Source: Octopus vulgaris (taxonomy: Eukaryota). From it: DNA of 64,000 nt. The notes beneath the pieces were generated by a model. It did no database searches. It saw nothing but the letters and a program-made list of their open reading frames with translations, and had not been told where the DNA came from. Made by a program: the position numbers and the translations under genes. Positions 37,083 through 50,700 of this stretch are shown here, one piece after another. Position 1 is the stretch's first letter; every line of letters begins with the position of its first letter. Where the stretch lies: contig OX597832.1 of the NCBI GenBank assembly GCA_951406725.2, forward strand, positions 2,356,001 through 2,420,000. The letters run 5' to 3'.

Positions 37083-40000
37083 GTAAGTATAAATTGTTAA
37101 ACTATGAATATTGCTCATTTTCGATTTTTGAATATTATCTGTTAAGAAAATGTTTAAAATAATCAAAATAAAGGCATGCTCACTACATTCAATTGTACAT
37201 CACACCAAAGGAAAATTGGTGTTGCCCTTCAGTCATCTTGTATGGATGTTTTCTTTTCAACTGATCGAGGGACTCTGCATTACATCGAGCAAAAGTAGAA
37301 AAAGAATTTTTTTTTTTTTAAGATTTGGATACCTATTAATATTTGAATATCGCCTTTTAATTTTCTCTGAGCTTGAGAAATTATTGGTGGGGATTCGTAT
37401 AATTCAAGCTGTTTCAGAGTAGTAGTGTGTGAACAGGTTTCATTGTCAGATACGTTAAGAGTTGATAAGTGGGGAAAAGATAAATTTTTGCTAGTCATTA
37501 GATGAGCATAGGTTTTTTTTTTTTTTTTAAGTTTAGAGAGAGGGAGCATGGGCGAACCAACACTAAGCCCTTTTGAGATAGGGGTAATTAGTTTCGACTT
37601 GTATTGGCGCCTCTAGGTAAAATCTTCAACAGGGAGCTGGTCGCTAGCGTTAGGTTCAGCTTTTTATAGATGTCACAGGTGAAGTGGCATTGGATACAAA
37701 CCTGTTTGGTAACCTCTCGGCTTGAACCTTAGTGATATCTACATAGTTGATGTGATAAATTTTGTAAAACAAGTGGAATTTTATCTATTTCAAATATCTA
37801 CTTGTATGAGCACAGACCATAATCGGGTGAAGTAACGTTTACAGAAGATACCGAATCCGTTGATAAGATCGGGTGGACAGTGACGTCAGCGAAATCCGGA
37901 TGAGAAGGTGGCGGTAGAGACAGACTAGTGCAGTGGTTCCCAACCATTTTTAGCTCATGCCCACCCCACTGGAACCTTTCATTTTTCTTTGGACTCTTTA
38001 AACATTATTGTCGAAAAAAAGTATTTCAATTTTGTAATAATGGTTAATAGTAGAAACAGGGCACTTTTGAAAATACTAAAAACTTTTAATAAAAATACAA
38101 TTAGTTCAAATAATACTTTCTATTCTAGGCACAATTTTTGGGGAGGAAGTTGGTCAATCACATTGACCCATTGCTCATGGTACTTCATCGACTGCGAAAG
38201 GGATGAAACGCAAAGTCGATCTGGGCGGAATTCATAAAAAAATAAAAACTTACGAAATAATAATGAAATTTAATATATTGTTTTAAATTAGTTTTATTTT
38301 CATGAAATTTATTTCTATGAATTTTTAAAATATTGATAGTTTGTAATGAAAATAAATTTTTATTAAAAATTTATAATAATAAATAAACATAGTAAACACC
38401 ATAAGAATATCTGTGTCTATTAATTGCACATTTATTCTCTATTTTATTTCATAGAAACAAGAATATTTTGTGGGTTCAATAAAACGGCTATTTCATGTAA
38501 TTACAGGCGCAGATGTGGTTAAGACGTTTGCTTCCCAACCATATGGTTTCGGTTTCAGTCTCACTGCGCGACATGAGTGAATTTGGTTGAGGGAAACTGA
38601 AAGGACCCCCTCCCCCACTTCGTGTGTGTGTGCGCACGTGTCTCTGTTTTGATATCGCAAGACTTGTAAATGGAGGTCATTAATTTCCATTATTCTGTGA
38701 AAACATGTTTGCCTTGGTGAAATAGTGAAATATTACTTTGCATGGAAGTAGATAAGTGGAAAAGAAATATTAAATGATAATACATTATTTTTCTGATGTA
38801 CAGAATCCATAGTTAGAGACAAAGAGACCACCACTGCTTACAATTTCTTAGTGAAAGTGAGCTTTTGATAGTAGGAAAGACACTTGGCTAAAACCTGGCT
38901 CAGCTAGGTATCAAGTAGGAAAGGCAATGAAATATAATTTTACTTCTCGCCAAAACAATAAGAATTTCATAGCAATTTCACTATTTGTCCGTAAGTTACT
39001 GAGCTTGTTATTAAATTTAGTTTGAGCAGTTTGATTACTTTGCAACTCATTAAGGCTCTCTTGTAGTTCGATATCAATATCAACTGGATTTATCCCAAAT
39101 GGCAGCAAGGGTTGGAATATGCGGCAATTCCTTACACCCAATAGAACACATTTGTAGGTCAGGTCAGATGTGGGGGCATGCGCCATTGCTGCATTCATCA
39201 TTTGTCAGTATATTCCCATGTCCACCTGGGTGACCTATTGAGCAGTCTTAGTCAGTCCACCTTCTCTGCAAGATATCTCCTCATCTACCATGTGACATGT
39301 GACATGTGGCTGACCAACATGAACTGTCAACCCAGCCAAGTGCTCAGTGAAGAGAGCATGGTAAGCAGGGTCTAGTTTGGAAAATTGTGCAACATGGCCA
39401 AAAGGTTTGAGTTTGCATCCCTGAATCATACAAGTAAGAGGACGTATCTCAGTTTTTGAGTAGATTCAGCTCCTTGCAAATTAAAAGATTTGTATTTTTA
39501 TCTTGTTTGTTCAGCAAATTTAGCTTCTTAAATATATCTTACTGGTAAAATATGCCACATTCAGAAACATTACAGCTCTATCCCAAAGTTCAACAAATCA
39601 ACACATGCAATTATCCTTCGAGATCGTCACCAGATGTATGAACTTCAATGCAGCATCAATATTTAATTCATACAAGACTTTCCAATGCCAACTTGATAGT
39701 TTATTCATTAACCCTTTAGTGTTCGCATTATTCTACCAAAATTAATGCTTTTTCATCCACATTGTTTTGAACTAATCCTGCATTATCTTGTAGCCTTGAG
39801 ATTTTGATGAGGTTGCTGTTAATTTTTAAAACGATATTGTAGGGTTGGTGTGAGAGACCAGATCTGGCCAGTTTGAACATAAAACAAGCAGAATACTTTT
39901 GGCCGGATATGGCCGGTTTAAATGCTAAAGGGTTAACAATAAACTATCAAATGAATCCTTTTTTTAATACTTAAAATGCATTGTATGTTTTTGTGTGTAA

Positions 40001-43000
40001 ATTGTAAGGAGTTAGTGTAAGTAATAGAACATTTTAGGAAGAAACTGTGTGGTAATGTAGTCACCTTCATTGAGCTTGTGCTTCTCTCTCCAATTCCTAA
40101 ATTTTTCTGTAACTCACTGATCTTTGTCATGGCCCTAAGTTGGGAAACACTGGGTTAGAGAATGGGAGAGCTGTAGGATCAGTAACCCTATTTCTATCTA
40201 TAAAACCATTATTGAAGAGGAATTAGAGACACTGTAAACAAAACTATCTTCAGAATGAGACTGATGAAAAAAATGAGTAAAAAAAAAAAAATGGAGTGAA
40301 GTCATCAAGTCAAGCAGGCTTTTTGGTTACCCAAAATATATCACAATAATACTTCAAGAGGAATTGTGGCATCCTCAAGTCTGTTTTGAATCGATTCAAA
40401 CTGACTTGTAGTTCATGAGATGAGTGAAGGTGAGAAATAGCAATTAAAGGAAAGAGAAACAAATAAATAAAAACACCAAGTTTAGGCGATAGAAACAAAT
40501 GAAAACAAAATGTGATTCAGACAAATAGAAAATAATAATAACAACAATAATAATGGTTTCTGATTTAGGCACATGGTCAGTAATATTAAGAGGAGTGGTA
40601 CAAGAAAAGTAATTTTCAGAAGAGAGGATTTGTAGATATCAATCAGCCTCAATCCTTGACTGCTACTTTATTTTATTGACCATGTGCTGATGAAAGGTAA
40701 AGTTAACCTTTGTAAGATTCAAACTCAAAAAGTGTTAGAACATTTACCACAAAGTGATAGAAAGATGGCTGTTGAAGTATGGGATGGTAATCAATTAGGG
40801 CCTGAAATATTCAGGTAGCTGATTATTTTCTTCTTACTTGAGAATTGTGACTTCATCGATGCTTCAACAGTATTGAAATGCTATTGAGAATATTAAAAGA
40901 ACTCTGTTCTTTTTGTACAAATACTCAATTTATAAATTCTCAAAACTCACAATGGTCAATTTCAATATTTCACTGACAAAAAAAGCTTTATTTTTATTAA
41001 ATTTTATCCACGACTTGCATTTGCACCTTGTTTGAGATGGGGCCTTGTAATTTTAAATGTAAAATTGCTGTTGTGCTGCACAGAACATTCTGATATAAAG
41101 GATAGCAAGCAACCAAAAGTAAATGTAAATAAAATACTGTACTTATTTTATCTTTTATTTTAACTCATCTTCCCATACATCTTACTTCCTCTCGTATTTT
41201 ATGAATTATTATTTGGTATGGAATTTTTCAAAGCATGGTACTACACATAAACGTACATTACAAAGTTTACACATATATCATGTTTCAGACAACACATGCA
41301 CACTTTCTTGTTGGATTTGTCTTTTCTGTTGCTGGGACTTCCATTGGAAAATGTCCTGGTGTAAAATGTGATCATTCTGGCAAAGTCAAAGGTCTCCCTA
41401 CTATTTAAGTGGATGGTAAATCTGCCTCATATTTTGCAATAATATCTCATATAATCTGCATATGAAATTTCAGGTGTGTGAGGGCTTTTTTTCCTGCCTT
41501 TGTGACTGCTACATTGTACAATATGAAAGAATTCCGTACTGCAAGATCCATTAACTGGAAGAAGATTTTCTTGTAATATTTCTTACTCCGTTTCCTTGTG
41601 ATGGGATAATCTACTAGTTGTTGGTCCACCTTGTCAATTCCACCCATTGAAAAATTGTAATCATTTACAACTGTTAGTTTCTTCACAGGCCCCTGTCTTG
41701 TCTCAACATCCTTCATAGCAGGGTTGTGAATGGTTGAAAAGATTGTGACATCCTTGTCCTTCCAGCAAAGAGTCCTTACCTTACTTCTCTGATATGCAGC
41801 AACTTCCCCTTTTTTTAATTTTGCCCTTTTTAGCTGTTCAGGCACTTCCTTTCTATTCGAATGGAGAGTTTCATAAATATCAGTTTAGTGACTAACCAGA
41901 GTGTCAGCTAATTGCGGACTAGTGTAAAAGTTATCCCCAGTAACAGAATAGCCTTTACCAAGTAAAAGCTTCATCAGAGACAACACAACATGAGAATATG
42001 GGATATTCACTACATTCTGAATCAAACTGTGTTCAATTGCCAACATAAATGATTACCCTACACACATATCCAGTCTTTCCTTGACGCAAAAAGAAAATAC
42101 TCCACTCCAAACCTCATCCTTTTTAGAGGTATGTACTGCACCCATCTTGAACAACATAAGGCTTTCGTCTATAGATAAATCTTTATAAAATTCTCACTAA
42201 ACTTCATACAATTTTGTGTTAGAATGTGTTTCTGCATCAAAAGTTTCATTATTCACAAAAGGAAGATATTTTTTAAATTTTATTATGGTGTTTCAATTCC
42301 GAAAAAGTAGTTCATCTTTCAACCAGTTCATTTCTTGATCTGGTATTTTCACAACACTCCCAAGCATTTTCAAGGTGAAGAAACACACACATTTCTGCCT
42401 TTGTTACAGGGTGCCACATACAATCTCTTTCTCCAGTTTGTTCAGCAAGGCGATTAGTTTAATCCACAACTCAATCAATAATTCTGTTGTCACAAAAAGG
42501 ACTAAAAAAAATCCAAAGGAATCATATCAGCTGTGTCTTGATCAATTAATGTTCCAAGATTCCCAGTGAATGGGAAGTGTGGTGGTGGAGGAAGCATGCA
42601 TTCTTCCAACACCACATGTCAACACCAAATTCGTCCATCCTTCTCTTCATCACTTGAGAGAGAATAGCCATTATCTGATGTATCTAAGCTTCTAATAGAA
42701 GGTTCATATTCATTGTCATCTTCTGAGCTTGACATCTGGGCATAATTTGTAAAAAAACAAAAAAAAAAACATAAAAACTGAGAAATGCTGAGAATTGACG
42801 TATGAACTCGTCTGGCTATTTTTGAAATTATGTTTTGGATGAGTTTACTCGTCGCACTCTGAAAAAGACAAATTAGGTGAAGACAAGTTAATTCCTCTTT
42901 GCCAGGTAAAGGGTTAAGTGAGCTGACTTGTTATTTGTGCATTTTGTTCTACACACATCAAAAAATCATACACAAGTACCCAGCTATAATATATGTGATA

Positions 43001-46000
43001 AATATTCAATAGCATTTGAGGGCAGCTACTGAAAGGCTGGGGAATGATTGCCAGATTAATTTCACGTATTTAATGTGTATGGGTAGTGAGAATAAGAACA
43101 AGGTAGAAAAAAATTCTGTGAGCTGTTACCTCTGCTAGTAACAAAGAGATTCTCTCTTCAAGTGAGGAATAGGTGTATGTTAGATGTGTTTGAGAAGTGT
43201 GGTGTGAGAGAGTCAGTGAGTAGAACAAAAGAGGAGGAAGCAAGAATTAGAGAAGGGAAAGTAGAAAGAATCAATACCTCAAACCAGGCAAAGGGAGGAG
43301 ATTTGACTATCTCTAATATCATACCATTCAAACCCTATGTACTGTACATAAGTATTATGTGGTACTAGTTGCATAACCAATTCTATTGGATGTCAATAAC
43401 AATGCCCAAGAAGTGCTCAAACCTGTAGCTCAACCACTCTATTGATCACTTCTCATACTGTAATGATTTTTAACACTATGTTTCAATTGGCAATTGCAAA
43501 CACATGGAAAAGAGTCCTATCTTCAATCCCAAAACCTTTGCCTGCAATTTATGAAAATATACATACAGCAATCTTCTATGAAGGCCAGCGCAAATATTTT
43601 CTCCCTTTCTCTACTTCATTAATGACCTATGCTCTGTAAATGTTGATGTGTGTGTAGGCATTTAAATGTGGGTGAATACACTCCCACATTTGTCTATGTT
43701 TCTATACAGAGTATTCAGGTTAAATTCGACACTTTTTTTTGTCTCCTTTTTTCAGGAGCAACTTGATGTATTGGTGAACAGTCAACAATATTGGAGAACA
43801 TAAAGACTAAAATTGTAGTTGAGAAAAAGTTAGTTGATATGGAGAATTGGAAGCCATCTGAATATTGGAAAAGAGTTACCAGTATCATGATGATTCATGC
43901 TGGATATCAAAGTGTCGACATGATGACTGCTGCTCAATGCTCTGTGAAACTGTAAAAGCTGCAACAGTGACATGAAGCCATGACCAGCAGGAAGGGACAC
44001 AGGTGTTCTGACTGCATCCTCACATCAGAATTCATCCCCACATCTTTGAACAGGGCCTAAGGCTCAATTCTTATGGCTTTATGAAGCTGCTGGAAGGCCA
44101 TATGTGTAGCTACAGGATTTGGCTCCTTGCCATATCTTTGGAAAGAGATAAAATTTTTACAACTTCTCCAGTCCCAATTTCTAGCCTCCTAATTCCCTCG
44201 ACTGTTTTCCCATGGATTACTGTCTGGGACTTGGTTGAGAAAGACATCAACTGCTCTGTCTGTGGCACCAAGGCCAAGCTGGTGGCCAAAATTAAGAAAG
44301 TGTTTGAAGATCTTCCCATGGACACAGTGAGGAACATGTGCTGGGTTGTGGAGTCATTTTGAGGCCATGGTGAAAGCAGAGGGCAGTTACTTTGAGTAGA
44401 CTTAACTCTCAGCGATAATCTAGTTGATATTTTTTGATTTTTTAAAAATAGTTTTATTTTGGGATGGGATGTTGTTTCTTTTTTTTAATGAAAACTGTCA
44501 AATTAAAATTTTTTTAAGCACCCTTATACTAATAGCTCTAGATGTGACTTTTATTTTGCTTGTGGCATCATCTCTTTTTACTTTCCCTCTCCAATTCCTA
44601 GTTTCCTTCAGTCATCTTGCTTCTCTCTCGGGCCCTCACTCCTCGTATCACTACTCTTTAATTAAGAAATCTGTGAGTGTTTTTTTACTGAAATATTTTA
44701 AAATAGTTTTCTGGGTACAGTTGGTGTTTGTCATGTGTTCCTTGTACCTACAATTTTTTCTCCTTATCTCTTAAACACCATCTTCTCACTCATATTCTAA
44801 TTTTTTCCTATTTTGTTTGCTTTACTGATTTTCTCAAACCACCTCTTCCTTTGCCTTACCCTGCATTACTCTTAACTTCACTCCCTCATTTATTTATTAT
44901 TTTATATTGTGATCAGTGAACTGTAACATTGTTGGTTACAGGTTTCCAGTCAGTCAGTTATTGGTTCTCTGCATTTCTGATGGTGAAATGATTGAGAGAA
45001 TGTGTGTAGCCCAGTTCAGAACAAATATCACAAGAGACTTTGAAAAATCTTTTTGTTTTTGTTGCCAATGTTTACATCATGTGCTGATATCCTCCAGCAA
45101 AAGATACATAACAGGCTGCCACATAGTTTCTATCAAATTTTACTCAAAAGATATTAGTCAACTCAAGGTTATGCCAGAAAACTTTTACCTGAGTGAGATT
45201 GAACTCAGAATCATGTAATTGGGAAGTGAACGTCTTAATTACACAGCTTTTTGTGCTTTTCTACTTCCACTCCTATATTAAGGAATAGCTAGTATGTTTT
45301 GCATCGGGATATACCAGATATAGATAATGATAAATTTCTCCAATGTGTCTTAATACATTTAGAGTAACCTGATTTTATACAACTGAGATCAAGCTGTCTT
45401 TCTTCATAGTTAATTACTCATTTTATGAATGAATTAATTGTTCAGTGTTAAATGATGTTAGACATAGTACCTGTTGGAGATGAAAAAAAGAAAAACAGGC
45501 TCTTTGAGTGGACTCAAACCATGCATCTATTGTTTGTTAGGTGACCACACCATCTACATCATTTATATTTTCAAAAAATTTCAGTTGCTTGTTTTTTTAA
45601 TTTAAATGTGCATTGAGGGAGAAGTACTTAGATTTTCCTTCTGTTATTTTTTTTTTTACCTGATTAATCACAATTTGGCTATTTTTCATTCTATTTCACT
45701 ACTAGTTTTCTTGAATTCTCAGGTTGCATTTTACTACTTTCAGTGCCATACTTTCTAACTAACTTGTATTTGAAACAAGCAGTTTAGATCCAGTATCAAT
45801 TTCATTACCTAAATTTATGCATAATCATGATAAACTATTTATAGCTTGTTTTTGATTCTCTTTACTATTGAAATTTATCAATTAAAATATAATGAAATTT
45901 CTAATTCTATAATAAATCTGATTTTTTTTTGTTTTTTCATTGTAGCCTCTTGCAATAGATGCTGCAGAGTATGAAGTGCAACGAAATAACATAGAATTCA

Positions 46001-47732
46001 TAAAACAAGTATTTTCTAATAAAATACTCCGTGATGCAAGTGTGGAAGCTGATAAAAAGTTGTCTAAGTTTGATGTTGAAATGAGGTAAGTTTGTTAAGT
46101 GAGACTACAAAACCAGAAATATTGAAATATTTGAGTAAAAAAAATTGTCTATAATGTGCTGATTGCTCTACGTATTATTTATAGATTAAAATCTTGTCAC
46201 CAATGTTGTGCAATGACTGTAAGCTAAATGTTCAACATTTCCAGCATCAATCTTAGCATGAAGAGATTGCTGTCTTGACAGTAAACAGTTGACTGGCATT
46301 TGAGTTTACAGTAGGCTGCTAGAAATAACTACTCATATTCTCTCAGGAGAATGTCGTGTATTTGTGTTAAATAGGAAAGAATTCTATCTTAGAGTATTGT
46401 GACTTTAGTTTAGAAAATAATAAAACTTATTCCATTTTCAGTACTAGTTCAGAACTAGTTTTCTTGGGTTCTCAAGATTAATTTTATTTTAGTATACTTT
46501 CCTATTGATTTGTATTTAAAACACACAGTTTAGATCCAGTATCAGTTTCATTACCTGGGTTTAGCCATAATTACAGTAAACAGTTTACTTTGTATTTTAA
46601 TTAACATTTAGTTGAATAGAATGAATATTCAGTTTATTGTGATACTGTTGTAATGGACATCAGGTTTTAAAAATTATTAAAGAACATAATTATGAATAAG
46701 AAAATTAGTTGTGCTGATAAAAAAAAAACTGAAAGAAAGAAAGAAAATATAAGTAGGATTTTAGAGAAGTCACAAAACAGATAGTGAAAAAATGTAAGGA
46801 CCGAGTAGTTTGATTCCTATTCAAGACGATCAGAGATAGCTAAATTAGCTGTAGATCCTTCACTCCAGATAGCACGTTCCAGATGCAGCATTTGGTTATG
46901 CTGAGTGCATTGCAAGCATTAGCCATGTTGTCTGTATTACTGTTTAGGTTGATCAGTTTGCTATGTAAGATATGGATACTTTTGAACATAACTCTCTTGT
47001 CCAAGGGTTAATTCGAGTAATTCACAACTCAATACAAACTTATCTTGTTATGGATGTATGTTGTGTATTTGAGTTAAATAAGAAAGAATTCTATCTTAGA
47101 ATGTTGTAGTTGTGTTCTGCAGTTTATGACAAGCCGAGCATTTAGTTCAAGGAGCTGAGTATTTTTGGAGTAAGTGTAACCTTGGTGTTTTTGCAGCAGT
47201 TTTCTAGCTTTAGATTCTTTTTTGAAGGTTGACTATAGTCTGTCTGTCTGTATGTAATTTCTGTTAGTATCAATAACTTTTTCTTCTGCCTTAGTTCAAA
47301 ACATCATACTTGTCCTTTGGTAGATGTAAACCTCTCCTAGCTGTCAGTATTTGTTCTAGTTTTGATGTTTCTCTCTTGGTCTGAATTTGTAAAGATCATT
47401 TTGCATCATCCACAGCTTCGTATATAGTTTCTAGTGGGGTGTCTAGTTTATTAACTTTGAGGTCATTTAGTGTTCCTCATTCTTATCATGTGACTCGCTC
47501 TGCTCTGTCCCAACTTGTTTCCTGAAGATATAACTTATGTCATATTTTTTAATTAAACAATATTTTACAGGCGCAGGAGTGGCTGTGTGGTAAGTAGCTT
47601 GTTTACCAACCACAAGGTTCCGGGTTCAGTCCCACTGCGTGGCACCTTGGGCAAGTGTCTTCTACTATAGCCCTGGGCCGACCAATGCCTTGTGAGCGGA
47701 TTCGGTAGACGGAAACTGAAAGAAGCCCGTCG

Positions 47733-47763
<31 letters not shown>

Positions 47764-50700
47764 TTGTCCCCCTAGCATTGCTTGACAACCGATGCTGGTG
47801 TGTTTACGTCCCTGTTACTTAGCGGTTCGGCAAAAGAGACCGATAGAATAAGTACTGGGCTTACAAAAGAATAAGTCCCGGGGTCGAGTTGCTCAATTAA
47901 AGGCGGTGCTCCAGCATGGCTGCAGTCAAATGACTGAAACAAGTAAAAGAGTAAAGAGAGTATATCATATCAATTCTTTATATTGTGAGTGTCAGTTTCA
48001 CTGATTTGACTTTTTTTTTGTTCCTGCCTAGACCATTAAAACAAGTACATAAAATATATTGGAATCAGTTTCATTGAATATACTTTCTCACTGATCTTGT
48101 ACCTAGTTTAAAAAAAAAAAGCAACATATTTACAGTGCAGTAGTAAATACTTTGCAAGCTGACTCTGTAGTCTCATTTTCACTAAAGGACTCTGTCTGCT
48201 AATGTCTTTAAAAAATTATAAAATCTTAATTTCCATTTCTTCTCTCCTGCTAGTCAGCTGACTTTCCTAATAAGAATTAGATTTATTTTTCATCTCCACA
48301 TTTTATAATTTTGTATTCTAATAATTGTGTCTTTGTTTCTGTATAATGTTTTTATATTGCTCTTCACACGCTTGAGCATTAGACTAAATGTCTTTCCCTC
48401 TTTGGGTTTTGAATTCAAATCCTGCCATAGCTTTATCTTTACTTTTTAGTCTTTTAAGGTTGACATAATAAGTACATTTAATCAACTAAAGATCTCTAAA
48501 AGTCACTTTACATAAAAGCATCCTTCTCAAATTCAATAGACTCAAAAGGATGCCAGTCTGTCACAGGATTACTCATTTTTGCTAGCTGAGTAGACGGGAA
48601 CAACATGAAATGAAGTATTTTTCTCAAGAACACACGTCACCTAGACCAGGAATTGAAACCACAATCTTAAAATCACGGGTCCAGCACCCTAGCCACTAGA
48701 TCACCTGCCTCCCACTTTGCATAAAGTAAAAATAAATCTTTTTTGGAACAGTGGATCTCAAAGCACAAGAAGCTATACATAATAGCATGTAAATATTTAG
48801 TTGAAAAACCCTTTTGAATGGAAAAATCAAAGGTTTCCTGTGGCTCACAAAACCAATATTTACTTGCTTTATGTGTTTTGAGATTCACTCTTCTGAAAAA
48901 GGATTATTTTATGTTCTCTTAAAAGTTTGTGAAATTCTTATTAAAATAAACAATTTGTCTTTCTTGAAAATCTCAAATCTCTTGAAAATTCTCTTTTGAA
49001 ACATTTTCACTTCCATTTATTAATCTAATCAGTTACATCTAAATAATCTTTCTAGCATGCGGCAAGATGTCTTTGATTCTATTGTAACTTTCTCTGAAAA
49101 GAATCAAAGTACTTTGACTGGAGAAACCAAACGATTAGTGGAACGTCTTATAAAACTTGGCAGAAAAAATGGTAAGCCACTGATTATATTGTTTACATGT
49201 AGATTGAAAATCAAGTGAAAAATATTGTAGTGTTTCTGGTTGCCTTCTCTGACTGGAGGGTTAGTACTACATATTAATAAACAAACACTTGCCAATAATA
49301 ATATAATCACTAACTTCAGTACTGAACTAAACCTCATCTATTTTCAGCAATATTGAGTGTTGAGGATCAAATGCCTAGCTTGATTCTTTGGTTAGCTGGC
49401 AGAAACGTTAGCACGCCGGGCGAAATGCGTAGCTGTACTTCGTCTGCCGTTACGTTCTGAGTTCAAATTCCGCCGAGGTTGACTTTGCCTTTCATCCTTT
49501 CGGGGTCGATAAATTAAGTACCAGTTACGCACTGGGGTCAATGTAATCGACTTAATCCGTTTGTCTGTCCTTGTCTGTCTCCTCTTGCTTTAGCCCCTTG
49601 TGTGTAGTAAAGAAATAGGTTGCCAATTTAACTTCTTTCCAGTTATCATTCTAATTATAATGACTAGTTGTAAAAAAAAAAAAAATGTCCATCATTGAAT
49701 TATGCTGTCACTGTTTTTATGAAATAAAAAAATAGAAATATTTGAATAGTTTTCATAGCTGAAGATTGAATGAAGATCACTATTTCCCAGTACATTTTAA
49801 TTGATTCCTAGTGTGGTACAAATATATGATAAATAACAATAATAAGCCCGCTGTCACTCTACCGCTTTATGTGTAGAGAATATATGTTCCTTAAACTTTT
49901 AATTATTCTTTTCCATTTAAAGGTTTACATCTACCGAAAGAAACCCAAGACAAAATCATGAAAATCAAAAAAAGAATAAGCGAATTGGCTATTGAATTCA
50001 ACAAGAATGTAATTGAAGAAAATTCTGTTGTGGAGTTTTCTACTGAGGACTTGAGTGAGTACAATTACAATTGTCTTTATGACTTGTAAAGTATCTGATA
50101 GATTAATATTTTTACTATCTTTTGTATGGAGCTACTACAACTTTGGCAATTTTTAAGCTGGAATCAACTATTGCTCTTGCAGTTTTAGAATGTCTGATAA
50201 GTCTTCGGTTTCTTATGTAGTTGATGTGCTGGACTTCTTTAAAATCTGATTAAAATACTGATTCTTAAACCTATCTCAGTTTAATTTTGATCTGGATTCC
50301 CTCACCCACAGTCTTAAAACACTCTTCATTGAAGACATTTCAAAATATTTCATGTCCACAGCTATTGTAGTTTTTTTTTTTTGCATACAATGCGGAAATT
50401 CTCTAAAAATAATAAATTTTTTCAATCAATTTGTAATCAGTTCATTATGCTGATATGCAGGTCCTATGAATCCTATTCATCACATTTCTAACATGCAAAA
50501 TATATGGCCTGTCTATTTGTATAGAGTAAGAAAAGTTTTATTACTAACAAAATCAGTAATTGTTTCAACTTATTTCATCAACTTTGTATCCAACACACTA
50601 TTCTGTTTAGGTTCTACTCTGAGCATTAATTAGGTTATGTAATAGTACAACTTGATAATCATTGATTACACATTATTGCCAAAAGACTCATCGAATATAC

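Larger units (their letters stand above)
37931..40152 (-). mobile_element. hAT (Charlie/Buster-like) transposon remnant with nested SINEs and a MITE
   Basis: TIRs CAGTGGTTCCCAA / TTGGGAAACACTG; 8-bp flanks GACTAGTG/GGTTAGAG; hATC-like remnant [25 protein letters not shown]. Confidence 0.7.

Noticed and set aside
41447-41845. Domesticated PGBD gene nested in the peptidase intron
   Set aside because: Flanking transposase sequence has stops, frameshifts and deletions, and a TIR-TTAA end is present, so it is a decayed transposon.
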